A stretch of 64,000 nucleotides of DNA from an uncultured virus (IMG/VR IMGVR_UViG_3300021957_000018). Taxonomy: Duplodnaviria > Heunggongvirae > Uroviricota > Caudoviricetes. The stretch lies in IMG/VR virus record IMGVR_UViG_3300021957_000018. One strand, written 5' to 3'. The notes under the pieces are model-generated. The model saw only the letters and a program-made list of their open reading frames with translations, was not told where the DNA came from and ran no database searches. Made by a program: the position numbers and the translations under genes. Of this stretch, positions 47,699-57,689 are shown piece after piece; the first letter of the stretch is position 1; each line of letters begins with the position of its first letter.

Positions 47699-48276
47699 TA
47701 TGCTCTTAGTATATCGTTAATTATAGAATCTAAGTTATTATACTTAGATACATTTGCTTTACCTTCCTGCAGTGCTATTGGATTCATAAATGCACCGTGA
47801 GTAGATGGATTCGATACGAAGTCCCAACATACTAATTCAAAGTCTGGTTGTACTTCTAAGGTACCTTCATTAGTTTGTGTGACTGATCCTGTTCCTCTTG
47901 AAGAAATTCCTATAGTATGCCCTGCTTTAATTATTTCTTTAACTATATTTCCTGCTGGTGTGTTTAATAGCTCTACCCGTCCCATAAGGTCATTTCCTTT
48001 CCACCATAAGTCTTTTACTATATGAGAAGCGTTCTTTAGAGAGACAATTGGAGATTCAGGGTGATCCAGTTCTCCGAATGCATTACCGTTATTAACAAAT
48101 TCCTCTATGTACTTTTTTGATTCTCTTTCTAATATAGCTTTACTATAGGTACGGCCGTTTTGATTCTTAGATACCGCTCTCTGCATAACACCTTCTACTT
48201 CATATACTCCCGGTCTCTCTTTAGATTCCTTGAGTAATGATTTAAACGGGGTTACTTCTATTAATAGTTGTGCCAT
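47698..48276 (-). CDS. Prohead maturation protease (T4 gp21-like)
   Basis: NQNGRTY, GELDHP, GISSRGTGS and DFVSNPS motifs. Confidence 0.93.
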   Translation of the reverse strand: MAQLLIEVTPFKSLLKESKERPGVYEVEGVMQRAVSKNQNGRTYSKAILERESKKYIEEFVNNGNAFGELDHPESPIVSLKNASHIVKDLWWKGNDLMGRVELLNTPAGNIVKEIIKAGHTIGISSRGTGSVTQTNEGTLEVQPDFELVCWDFVSNPSTHGAFMNPIALQEGKANVSKYNNLDSIINDILRA

Positions 48277-48302
48277 GTTGAATTTTTTTGTGTTACTTAT
48301 CT

Positions 48303-51086
48303 TTATTTAAAAGTACGACCTATTTCTGTATCTCCTACATCTTCTTTCCATGCTGCCATATAATCAGAAAAGAATTTTTTTAGTTCCTCACCTTTTAATC
48401 CTACAATATATTTACCTTGTCTAATAGCCTGATCTTTGGTATACTCTATATCATTCACTTTAAAAGGTTGAATTCTAAATGCTTCTGCTCCTTCTTCACT
48501 ATAATATTTACCCCCTTTATCGTAATCTGGGTCTAATTTTAAGTTTTCAGGTTTTCTATTATCTGGAGCTCTTTTAATCTCTCTTAAAGTACCATTAACC
48601 GATGGACGGCTGTATACCGTTTGTTTTTCCTCTTCTTCTCCTAAACTAGGTTCTGCTGATATGTTATTATCAATATCTCTCTGCGATATTACTTTAACTT
48701 TAGGTTGATCTAGCCCTTTTGTGAATCCTGATTTGGTAACTGGTCTTAGGTCTTTAGTAAATGCTAACTCGATAGACGGAGCTAAAAAGCCTCCTACTTT
48801 TAATCCTTCTTCATTTCTAATATCACCTAATGTATCGTATACTTTTTGTATTTTATTTCTTGTTTTATCGTAATATGCTTCTATATCTGTTACAACATCT
48901 TGGAGCTGTATAATAGCTGGTTTCATTCCTTCGAATCCTCCGTACTGTTCAGCAAATTTTGCTAATTCATTTGTAGCAGCTTCGTTTATTACTCCTTCTT
49001 CTAATACCTTAGATATAATTGCTTTAATATTCTCTTTTACGATCTTATCTTTACCCATTGACTTTTTAATAGCTGCGTCTTTTGCTGCCATATAGTCATC
49101 TTTATCTACATCTCCATCACCATCGTGATCTTTTCCTTTCTTTTCTTCTAGATTCTCTACTATAAATTGCGTTTCTAGATAGTTTAATACATCTTTTTTA
49201 GCGTGAGGTACCATTCCTGGTTCTGTCATTGGCCCCATCTTCCATTCTTCCCATGCATTAATTAACATATTTACACCTTTATCAAATAAAGGTCCCATAC
49301 TTTCAACATACCCTCCAGTTTCGTAGTCGTTTTCAGTTACTACTTTACCTCCTTGAGTCTTTTTTCTTCTACCTTCTGATATTTTACCGTAAGTTTTTGA
49401 TTTTCTACCTTCGTTTACTCCCGGTATACCGTGCATAATATCAACACCAATGTTATAATGATCTCCTATGGCGTACATTACCTCTTCAGCTTCTTCTTTT
49501 TCAGTAGTACCGTTTTCTGCTGCTCTATCTTGTATAAGAGAGATAAACTCTTGCAAGCTACCTACTCTTTCGTTAATTACTTCTTCAATATCTGCTAAAC
49601 CTTCATCATCGTCTAAATCTGCTCTCATGTCAGTATTAACTGCATCTGCTTCATCTACTCCTTTTCGGGATGGATCTACTCCTTCATTAAAAGATATTAA
49701 AGTTTGTTTAATTGCTTTTTTGAAGTTTCTTATATGATCTAAAGCTTCAACTTTATCTCTTTCTTTTATAGCATCTATAGCATAAGATAAGTGACTTCCT
49801 TCTGAGTGGTAATTTACGTCTTCGAAAGAATCAAATAATGCTTGAAGTGTATTAATTGGTGTATTTAATCTTACTTTTAATCCAAATTCTAACATTCCTT
49901 CGTAGTCAAAATCCTTTGAAAATTTATCACCTGGTTTAAATGCTTTAACTACTTTATCTTCCTGTCCATATTTCTCTATATCTTTCATCTGTTGATCTGA
50001 CATAGCTTCTTTAACAAACTTAGCTTTAGCAGCATCAAAATCTCCTTTATGGAGACTATCAACTACTTTTCTACCTAAAGTTTCTAATTGGTCTGCATCT
50101 AATGAATGAGGCTTATTAAATCCTTTTAAGTATCCTTGTCCTATTGCTCCATAGTCTGCTGGGTCAATCACATCTTCTACAGATTTAGCAACTTTTTCTT
50201 GCATATAATCTCCAGGCATTTCGTAGTTCACTGATAAAAACTCTTGAAAGTTGTCTAATGCATCTTGAGGTTCTTGATCTCTCGATTCAGGATGAGTCTT
50301 AAAAAAGTCGCCTATAATTTCATCATCTATTAAACTCTTTCCTGTCTTTGGGTTAGAGTAGTACTTTATAATGTAATTAGCAATTGATTCTTCTTGATTA
50401 CTTTCTTGTACACTGTCTACCATTACTAACCCTATCTTTTTATATGGTATCTCATGCTCGTCACCGTCTTGATCAACGGCGAATACTGAGTCATCATGCC
50501 ACATAGCAGCATTATCGTCATTGTTAGAATCGGGATTATAAATTATGTACTCTCTACCGTTACCGGTTTGAATTCTTGCATCATCTGCATTACCAAGCTT
50601 CTTCAGTAAACTTTCTTTATCGTACACTTCTTTCAAATCAGCTTTTTTCATACCATTAAATGTATCAACCTTATTCTTATCATTTGGTTCTACCATTTGA
50701 TCATGCTTATTTACTTTTGCTGATTCACCAGCTATAATATTAAGGTAGTGCATTGCATCTTTGGCTAAGTTCTTACTAGCTTTATCGTGTGCTTTCTGTC
50801 TATCTTCTGCGGATACGTTTCCTGCTGAGTCAATACCTGCTGCTTCTAACTCATAATCAATACCTCTATTCAAAGCATCTTCTGTGTAAGTAAGTGAAGG
50901 ATTATCATATTCAGGAGACTTTGCCTCTACTAGAATACCTTTAGATTTCAATATTGATACTGAATCTGGGAATCCGCTATATGGAGATATGAATTGAGAT
51001 AGTTCTCTTTTAGCATCTCTTAAAAATTGTGTCTTTGAGAAGTTTCCTTCTACGACTGCGTTATATTTTTCTTGTATTGTTCTCAT
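48303..51086 (-). CDS. Large acidic modular protein, probable head-internal polyprotein
   Basis: 927 aa between portal and protease, with recurrent [ILVM]-x-E sites and a DHDGDGDVDKDD loop. Confidence 0.55.
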   Translation of the reverse strand: MRTIQEKYNAVVEGNFSKTQFLRDAKRELSQFISPYSGFPDSVSILKSKGILVEAKSPEYDNPSLTYTEDALNRGIDYELEAAGIDSAGNVSAEDRQKAHDKASKNLAKDAMHYLNIIAGESAKVNKHDQMVEPNDKNKVDTFNGMKKADLKEVYDKESLLKKLGNADDARIQTGNGREYIIYNPDSNNDDNAAMWHDDSVFAVDQDGDEHEIPYKKIGLVMVDSVQESNQEESIANYIIKYYSNPKTGKSLIDDEIIGDFFKTHPESRDQEPQDALDNFQEFLSVNYEMPGDYMQEKVAKSVEDVIDPADYGAIGQGYLKGFNKPHSLDADQLETLGRKVVDSLHKGDFDAAKAKFVKEAMSDQQMKDIEKYGQEDKVVKAFKPGDKFSKDFDYEGMLEFGLKVRLNTPINTLQALFDSFEDVNYHSEGSHLSYAIDAIKERDKVEALDHIRNFKKAIKQTLISFNEGVDPSRKGVDEADAVNTDMRADLDDDEGLADIEEVINERVGSLQEFISLIQDRAAENGTTEKEEAEEVMYAIGDHYNIGVDIMHGIPGVNEGRKSKTYGKISEGRRKKTQGGKVVTENDYETGGYVESMGPLFDKGVNMLINAWEEWKMGPMTEPGMVPHAKKDVLNYLETQFIVENLEEKKGKDHDGDGDVDKDDYMAAKDAAIKKSMGKDKIVKENIKAIISKVLEEGVINEAATNELAKFAEQYGGFEGMKPAIIQLQDVVTDIEAYYDKTRNKIQKVYDTLGDIRNEEGLKVGGFLAPSIELAFTKDLRPVTKSGFTKGLDQPKVKVISQRDIDNNISAEPSLGEEEEKQTVYSRPSVNGTLREIKRAPDNRKPENLKLDPDYDKGGKYYSEEGAEAFRIQPFKVNDIEYTKDQAIRQGKYIVGLKGEELKKFFSDYMAAWKEDVGDTEIGRTFK

Positions 51087-51291
51087 CTAAGTAATCCAAC
51101 ATTTTAGTGTTATAAGGTCTTTTTTTTGTCTTTACTACTTTATATCCGAGCTTCTCAGCTTGCTTTGTAGCATTATTCTTCTTAGTATCTTTACTAAACG
51201 CAAATGGAGTAAGATATCCTCCTGCTCCTGCTGTTGTGCTTAGTTCTTCAATTACCTCTTTTACTGCTTTTACTATTACACTTTTTTTCAT
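51061..51291 (-). CDS. Small prohead-core-like protein
   Basis: 76 aa, VKEVIEE|LSTTAGAGGYLTPFAF. Overlaps both neighbours. Confidence 0.6.
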   Translation of the reverse strand: MKKSVIVKAVKEVIEELSTTAGAGGYLTPFAFSKDTKKNNATKQAEKLGYKVVKTKKRPYNTKMLDYLDENNTRKI

Positions 51292-52142
51292 AGTGAACGC
51301 ATTTCGTTTACCAAGTCGTAATATTGCATTAAATTAATAAGGTGGTTGTCTGTTATCTTCTCTGTCTTTTTTGCAGGTTTAATAGTCTTTACTACTTCTT
51401 GTAGTTTAATTCTTACTACTTCATCCTTTACGTTAACTGATAGTTCTTCTACTTGTGATTTAATTTTGAGTATTTCTTCGTTAACTATGTTTCTTAATCT
51501 AGTAGTCGAGTTTACTGATGTTATAAATTCTTTAAGTATGTTCTTTTGTTCTGGTAAAAGATTTTTATAGTTGTTGTTAAATTTTTCAAGTAGTATCTTG
51601 TACGTAAGTAAACGTAAGTCTTTCTCGTATTTTGAATATTCCTCTATTAAAGTATCTTTAACTGCTTCTTTCGCCATCTTAGAAGATGTAAGGTGTTCAA
51701 TAATTGTGAGCTTGTTATTAACTAAGAAGTCTGGGTTAACTAAAGTGCTTGTGTTCTGTGCTTCTAATAGGCAGTACATTGCAGCTAAAGGTTTATAATC
51801 TCTAACCTGTATACCGAAAAATTCTTCTACACTGTAGCTCTCTTTAATTAATGAAATTAACCTATACTTTTCTTCTTTAAGTTTTTTCTGATTTAATTTT
51901 CTCGATATCTCTGTAATTGTTGATATTACTGTTTCAGCTTTAACTTCAGAAAGATTTCTGTTTTTGAGTATATACTCGTATAGTTTTAATTCCTTTCCAA
52001 TCATACTGTTACCGGTAAAGAATTCTTTTAAGATTTCTAAAGCCGGTGAGTTATGTTTAGATAACGTATCTGCTGCAATTTGTTTTACAAGCAGTTCGTA
52101 AATCAAACCTGTATTTCTAAACTTTGAATGTTTTATTTTCAT
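51288..52142 (-). CDS. Hypothetical head-assembly-region protein
   Basis: 284-aa helical protein (MKIKHSKFRNTGLIYELL) directly after the portal gene. Confidence 0.7.
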   Translation of the reverse strand: MKIKHSKFRNTGLIYELLVKQIAADTLSKHNSPALEILKEFFTGNSMIGKELKLYEYILKNRNLSEVKAETVISTITEISRKLNQKKLKEEKYRLISLIKESYSVEEFFGIQVRDYKPLAAMYCLLEAQNTSTLVNPDFLVNNKLTIIEHLTSSKMAKEAVKDTLIEEYSKYEKDLRLLTYKILLEKFNNNYKNLLPEQKNILKEFITSVNSTTRLRNIVNEEILKIKSQVEELSVNVKDEVVRIKLQEVVKTIKPAKKTEKITDNHLINLMQYYDLVNEMRSL

Positions 52143-52159
52143 AATATACGGTTGCTATA

Positions 52160-52167
52160 TATAAATA
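52160..52167 (-). promoter_or_regulatory. Putative late promoter TATTTATA
   Basis: Octamer upstream of the ATG at 52142. Confidence 0.6.
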
Positions 52168-52171
52168 TGGT

Positions 52172-54049
52172 CTAGTTATCTAAATCCTTAAGTTGATTTT
52201 CGTCTAATAAATTAGACTCGTTCTTATCTTTCTTTTCATATATCATTTCTTTCTGAAAAGAGTCTTTAATTTGATGAAATACTGTTTGTGCTTTGGTATT
52301 ATCAATTTCCATTATATTTTCGTTATCAGATGGAAATCCTCCTTGCATGCCCTGTACTCCTAATCTATCTCTACCTCCTAATGGATCAGCATTTGTACCA
52401 TATACAGACATTTTTTCTCTCGGTCTTCCACCTTCAGGACCTACTTCGTTGTAACCTGATGGTACGTTAGATGTCTTTTCAGTAGCTGTTGCTCTTCTAC
52501 CGTACATAGATGCTAAATCGTGAGGTGTACCGTATGATCTACCTGAGCTAGCTGGGTCGTTACCTTCCGCTTCAAGTTGTGCTAACCTAAATACTCTTTT
52601 AGCATCCTCTCTTACTAGTTCTCTCATCTCCATATATTGATCTTCAGAAAGATTAAATATATTGTCGTATATGTAGTCTGTAGCAAATAATTTAGAATCT
52701 TTCATTTGATTAGCTAAATCTATCTTCTCTTTCATAAGAGCGACTTTTTCTTGTTCAAATATGATAGACGGATTAGTTAACTTTATTTCAAAGTTAGTAA
52801 GGTTTTCACCTGTAAATCCTTGAGTATATAAATGTACTAAAGCTATTTTGGTTAACTCTGATTCTAGTATTTTCTGTATTCTTTCTACTGTTCTAGCAAA
52901 TCTAATATCCTCTGCTGCTAAAGTAGCTTTACCTTGTAAATCACCTTCGTATCCAAAGTATGCTTTAGGTATCTTTAGAGCTGCAAACATTTTAGACTGT
53001 AAATACTGTATGTCATTAGTACCGTCGTACTCTAAGCCTTTAGTAGTTTCTATTCTTGTAGAAGCATCGCCACCTCTTACAGGTATGTAGAAATCTTCCA
53101 TCATATTCTGCATGTTGAACTTCAAGTTATACTGACCTGTCTTTTGATCAATATAAGGAGTCTTCTTCATAGTGTTAATAGTTTTTTGCATAAACTGATC
53201 AACTTCTGCTGGTGGAATTGAACCAACATTTACGAAAAATGTTCTTTTCTCCGGTGCTCTCATTATACGGTGTATCAGCATAGCGTCTTCCATTAACGTT
53301 AACTGCTTGTATATTTTTCTAGCTGGTTCGATAAATGATCTACCGTAAGGTAGGTAGTTAGTATCTGATATTAACCTGAAATGAGCTACTTCGTAATTAT
53401 CTAAGTGTACTACTTTAGAGTTTTTTTTCTGGTATAAAGTACTAGGATCTTGGCTACTTGCTAACCCGTCTGGGTCAATGGCGAAAGAGACTTTAGCAGG
53501 ATTTTCTGGATCTAGTCCTTCGTTTCTGCTCATATTATAAACTGTATAAGGGAGTACGTTGTATACTCCAAACTTTTCTGCAATCTCTAATTTTAAGAAA
53601 AAGTCTCCATACTTACACATATTACGTGTCCATGACCATAGGTTAAATTCTATGTTTAGCACATCGTAGAATAAATTATAAAGGACTCTTTGGATATTTT
53701 CATCTGAGGATTTAATGCTTAAGACTTCACCTTGATCGTTTTTTAATGTTGCTTCATCCGATAATATATCCAATGCTGATGCTATAATAGGATCGGTATC
53801 CATTGCTTCATAATCCGAATATAACTGTATCCTCATTGTTTGGTAGTTAATATTTGGATTAAAAATATTAGCGTTACCGTATGAGTGTAGTCTGGTGAAT
53901 CTGTCTACTAATGAATTAGTTTCATAGTTTCCTGTAGTCTGAATTCGGTTAACATCGGCTACTTTAAGCTCTGTTCCTCCTATATTTCTGATTATAACAT
54001 CAGAAGAGAATAATCTCTGTAGTCTAGTAAATAATGATTTATCAGCCAT
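52172..54049 (-). CDS. Portal protein (T4 gp20-like)
   Basis: LMEDAMLIHRIMRAPEKRTF, MMEDFYIPVRG and ALKIPK motifs. Follows the terminase gene. Confidence 0.93.
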   Translation of the reverse strand: MADKSLFTRLQRLFSSDVIIRNIGGTELKVADVNRIQTTGNYETNSLVDRFTRLHSYGNANIFNPNINYQTMRIQLYSDYEAMDTDPIIASALDILSDEATLKNDQGEVLSIKSSDENIQRVLYNLFYDVLNIEFNLWSWTRNMCKYGDFFLKLEIAEKFGVYNVLPYTVYNMSRNEGLDPENPAKVSFAIDPDGLASSQDPSTLYQKKNSKVVHLDNYEVAHFRLISDTNYLPYGRSFIEPARKIYKQLTLMEDAMLIHRIMRAPEKRTFFVNVGSIPPAEVDQFMQKTINTMKKTPYIDQKTGQYNLKFNMQNMMEDFYIPVRGGDASTRIETTKGLEYDGTNDIQYLQSKMFAALKIPKAYFGYEGDLQGKATLAAEDIRFARTVERIQKILESELTKIALVHLYTQGFTGENLTNFEIKLTNPSIIFEQEKVALMKEKIDLANQMKDSKLFATDYIYDNIFNLSEDQYMEMRELVREDAKRVFRLAQLEAEGNDPASSGRSYGTPHDLASMYGRRATATEKTSNVPSGYNEVGPEGGRPREKMSVYGTNADPLGGRDRLGVQGMQGGFPSDNENIMEIDNTKAQTVFHQIKDSFQKEMIYEKKDKNESNLLDENQLKDLDN

Positions 54050-54076
54050 TAATGATCAGTTTTGTTTAATATATAT

Positions 54077-54084
54077 TATAAATA
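54077..54084 (-). promoter_or_regulatory. Putative late promoter TATTTATA
   Basis: Octamer upstream of the portal gene. Confidence 0.6.
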
Positions 54085-54090
54085 GCAGGT

Positions 54091-55662
54091 TTATAACAAC
54101 CAAGATATATCTTCTTGTCCATACCCATTATCTACAATATACGGATTATTTTGCTGGTTTCCAACTGATTTCATTACAGCTTTGTTTTTAGCATTAAGGT
54201 TAGTAAAGGATGATAACTGTGCTCTAGCTAAGTCCATACCCTGTTGTCTTAATCTTAATGCTGTATCTCTAACATATAATGCTGTTGCACATGATATTAT
54301 TAAATCATCGTTATAGTTAACCTGTGCTTGAGGTTTTCCATTCTTCCATACAAATACTCTCATTTCTCCTAGCAAACGCTTAGATTGTAGGGTAACACCT
54401 TTTTCTCTTATGTACTCTATTATCTTCGCTATTACTAGAGGTCTAGTTCTTACTGACATCGTAAAGCCTGGTACTAGCTTATCTCTCTCATACTTCGACA
54501 TATAGGACTCTACTGTTTCCATTTGGGATGTTGAACTGTAGTATAAGTTTTTGTACTGTCTTTCTAGAATTTGTTCGATGGTAGCCCAACCAATATTTGC
54601 GTTTTCCACTACTAAAAGTGCGTCGTTGTATTCTGATGCTATCCCTACTAATACGTTGCCGTAATCTTTAGGTGATAACTTTCCTTTATACTCTCCTACC
54701 TGTACGCAGTTTTCGATATCAAAGATATGAAATGCAGAATAATCTGCTGAGTCTCCTCTAGCAACATCTGCTACAACCATATATGATTTAGTATAGTCTA
54801 CTCCTTCCCATATCCATAAGTTACCGTCAACTCCTCTTTTTTCTAGTGGGTCTTTAATATATGTTTGCTCATAGAACATCATATCATCTGGTTCAAACAC
54901 TGTATCTCCAGATGCTAGGAAATCACAATCACATTCTTGACCTGCCATTCTTGGTCCTAAGTCTCTATCTTGTTGCTCTCTCCAATCTTTATTTCTTTCC
55001 GGATGTACAGTCCACGGTAGTTTTATAGGTAAAAATGAATTTTCTCCTGATTCAGCTTTATCCCAAGTTTGATGGAACCAATTACCAATTCCGTTAGGAG
55101 TTGATAATGCCATACACTGTCCACCGGTTGCTAAGGTTTGTTGTGCAGCTGTAAACGTTTCTTCAATGTTATCAATAAAGGCTGCTTCATCGATAAGGAG
55201 TAGTGATACTGCCTCCGATCTTGCAGCATCGGCGTTAGAAGATTTAGCTGTAATTTTAGATCCATTTTTTAACCTTAAAGATAATTTATTTTTTTCAACT
55301 GCTGGTAGCTTTAACCACTTTGGAAGCTGGTCGTACATAAACATAGTTTTAGAAACTAAGTTACGTGCAGTTGCTTGAGTTGTTGCTAAAGCTAGTACGT
55401 TCTTATCTTTATGAAACAACATTAACCATAATGAGTAACCTGCAGCTAGAGTTGATATACCTAGCTGTCTAGATTTTAAAGTAATAAGAAATTGATTATC
55501 TCTAAATAAATGTAACACCTTACCTTGAAAAGGGTAAAGGTTAAATAGTATTCGACCTCTAGTAGGATGCTGTATATAGCAGTATTTCCTCATGAAGTAC
55601 TCTGGATCTTTAGCACACTTGATATACTCCTGCGCTATAATCTTTTTTATGTCTTTTGCCAT
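54091..55662 (-). CDS. terL: Terminase large subunit (T4 gp17-like)
   Basis: Walker A KSRQLGIST, Walker B LLLIDEAAF, STPNG, and nuclease motifs VVADVARG...NDD. Confidence 0.95.
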   Translation of the reverse strand: MAKDIKKIIAQEYIKCAKDPEYFMRKYCYIQHPTRGRILFNLYPFQGKVLHLFRDNQFLITLKSRQLGISTLAAGYSLWLMLFHKDKNVLALATTQATARNLVSKTMFMYDQLPKWLKLPAVEKNKLSLRLKNGSKITAKSSNADAARSEAVSLLLIDEAAFIDNIEETFTAAQQTLATGGQCMALSTPNGIGNWFHQTWDKAESGENSFLPIKLPWTVHPERNKDWREQQDRDLGPRMAGQECDCDFLASGDTVFEPDDMMFYEQTYIKDPLEKRGVDGNLWIWEGVDYTKSYMVVADVARGDSADYSAFHIFDIENCVQVGEYKGKLSPKDYGNVLVGIASEYNDALLVVENANIGWATIEQILERQYKNLYYSSTSQMETVESYMSKYERDKLVPGFTMSVRTRPLVIAKIIEYIREKGVTLQSKRLLGEMRVFVWKNGKPQAQVNYNDDLIISCATALYVRDTALRLRQQGMDLARAQLSSFTNLNAKNKAVMKSVGNQQNNPYIVDNGYGQEDISWLL

Positions 55663-55664
55663 AA

Positions 55665-57119
55665 CTAACTTATTTTAACTCCCGAAGAAGTAATAAACAG
55701 TGATTTGCCGCTCCAACCTCCTGCTGATCTTGTGCGTACTGTAACAGGTATTATAACATCTTTTAATTCTCCTGATGTTTTTATTTTAAATTTGACAGTA
55801 AACGATTGTGAACTACCGTCGTAATTGTTTGAAATATCTTTTATATCGCTACTAGAATCTACTGTAACTACACTTCTTAATAGTTTGTTTTCGGATACAT
55901 CTTTTATTTTTGACCCGGATTCTTGTCCTATTAGTAATTTATAAGGACAAGGTGTTTCTCCTTCTACTACTGTTCCGTATGTATAAGCTGCTATAGAATT
56001 TAAAAAGTACTTTAGAGTTTGAGGATTAGATAGCATTTTGTTTAACCCATCTATTATATTGTTTCTAAATGGGTGATAAAAATCTTTACCGTAAAACTCT
56101 AAATTGTCTTTTTGAAACTCTACTGCTAAATCTGCGAACGCATCTCTACTTGTAGTTTCTGAAAAGCTTTCTTTTGAAATATCAAAAGTACTAATAGCAG
56201 ATTTTGCGTTAGGTTTTGTAATTGAATTAGATACTTTATTCCAGGAGCTATTAATAAGTTTCTTTATTTCTTCTGTAATACTTCCGTCTAGTTTATCAAA
56301 AAAAGCTACAATATTAGTATTGAACTTAGGAGTCTTATCTTCTCCGCTAGCTATTTTATTTGAATAACCTATGTACTCTCCATTGCTTAATTCTATTATA
56401 ATATCAGATGGATTTTTTGAATTTATATTTGCAGGTTTACCTCTAGGAGTCCAATACAAGTTATTAATACTTACATCCTTTAAATCACTCTTTAATGCAA
56501 CTGAGTTGTTATATCCTATCTTTATGTCTCTTTCAGGGGTTTCGTCTTTTTGTATTAACTCTATCAATTGAGAATAACTTATCTCATCTCCTTCTCCTGT
56601 TAGTACTCCGGTACCACCTTGCTTATCTAGTATTTCTTCGACATCTGTAAATAAAGGGTGTTTTAAGAAGTATAGAGATAGAAATTCATTGACGTTAGAA
56701 GATGCTGTTGTGTCTTTTCTAGTCTTTTGTCCGTAGTGTGATACTACTTTAGATTTAGGTATAATAATAAATTGACCTATTGATGTTTCTAAGTCTTTAA
56801 ATAGTTCAAACTTAGCTGATCCTCTTAATGCTAATATAGGTTCTTTAGCTGTATCTGCAACTGCTTTATATATAAGGTTGTCAAATGCAATGTTTTTATC
56901 GTTTAGTAGTTTCCTAACCCTTGCATCTAACTCAGAGTCTATATTATAAAATGGATTAAATACTCCTTTACTTTGGTACTTAGGAGAGACTGTGAGCTCA
57001 TTAAGATCAAAACCAAACATAGATTCAAACAAAGCCATATCCTCTTGATTGTTAATGTCAGGAAATCCTTTTTTGGTCTTATAGGACCATTCTAGTAAAA
57101 CTCTATCTATAAGATTCAT
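55665..57119 (-). CDS. PD-(D/E)xK-like nuclease-fold protein with putative capsid-targeting N-terminus
   Basis: N-terminus MNLIDRVLLEWSY. Candidate catalytic pattern NVNEFL...PSDIII...IGYSNK. Confidence 0.45.
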   Translation of the reverse strand: MNLIDRVLLEWSYKTKKGFPDINNQEDMALFESMFGFDLNELTVSPKYQSKGVFNPFYNIDSELDARVRKLLNDKNIAFDNLIYKAVADTAKEPILALRGSAKFELFKDLETSIGQFIIIPKSKVVSHYGQKTRKDTTASSNVNEFLSLYFLKHPLFTDVEEILDKQGGTGVLTGEGDEISYSQLIELIQKDETPERDIKIGYNNSVALKSDLKDVSINNLYWTPRGKPANINSKNPSDIIIELSNGEYIGYSNKIASGEDKTPKFNTNIVAFFDKLDGSITEEIKKLINSSWNKVSNSITKPNAKSAISTFDISKESFSETTSRDAFADLAVEFQKDNLEFYGKDFYHPFRNNIIDGLNKMLSNPQTLKYFLNSIAAYTYGTVVEGETPCPYKLLIGQESGSKIKDVSENKLLRSVVTVDSSSDIKDISNNYDGSSQSFTVKFKIKTSGELKDVIIPVTVRTRSAGGWSGKSLFITSSGVKIS

Positions 57120-57130
57120 TTATGAGTTTA

Positions 57131-57352
57131 TTATAAACCGTTTTCTTCGATGTAATCCTCTAATACTGACTGTAAGGCAATATGAGCAGATGTTCCTGGT
57201 TGTTCATCCATAAGATTTATAGCAGTTTTAGCTATTTGCATAATAACTTCTTCTCCTTCTTGGTTAGCGTAAAATTGATGATCACTTTCTTGATCTTCTT
57301 TTACATTATTTCTATTTTCTGCTAAAAATTTTCTTAAATCAAAATTATCCAT
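57131..57352 (-). CDS. Small putative internal head protein
   Basis: 73 aa. N-terminus MDNFDLRKFLAEN shared with its neighbour. Confidence 0.65.
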   Translation of the reverse strand: MDNFDLRKFLAENRNNVKEDQESDHQFYANQEGEEVIMQIAKTAINLMDEQPGTSAHIALQSVLEDYIEENGL

Positions 57353-57371
57353 TGTATTTGTTTTAAATCTT

Positions 57372-57668
57372 TTAGTATTCTACTTCTTTTCCTTCAGCGT
57401 TAAATTTATATACAACTGCATTATCTCCATCTCTCATTTCGATAGCTACTACTTCATCCTCTTCTCTCTCATTTTCTGGGACTGGTGTGATATTATCTAT
57501 TCTCATACCGTCGTAGTTAGAGTATTCTCCTACTGTATATACCTCCCCGGTTGGAAAAGTAACAGAATTAATAATTTCTTTTTTAGTAAATTTTACTTCA
57601 CTTAAAAGTTTAGTAGAGTTAGTAGCTCTATTTTCTATTAAAAATTTTCTTAAATCAAAGTTATTCAT
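57372..57668 (-). CDS. Small putative internal head protein
   Basis: 98 aa, N-terminus MNNFDLRKFLIEN. Confidence 0.65.
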   Translation of the reverse strand: MNNFDLRKFLIENRATNSTKLLSEVKFTKKEIINSVTFPTGEVYTVGEYSNYDGMRIDNITPVPENEREEDEVVAIEMRDGDNAVVYKFNAEGKEVEY

Positions 57669-57689
57669 TGTGTTTTATTTTTATTTTAT

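Noticed and set aside
52172..55662. Introns or inteins in terminase and portal
   Set aside because: Both ORFs are continuous, of ordinary length, and lack intein terminal motifs.
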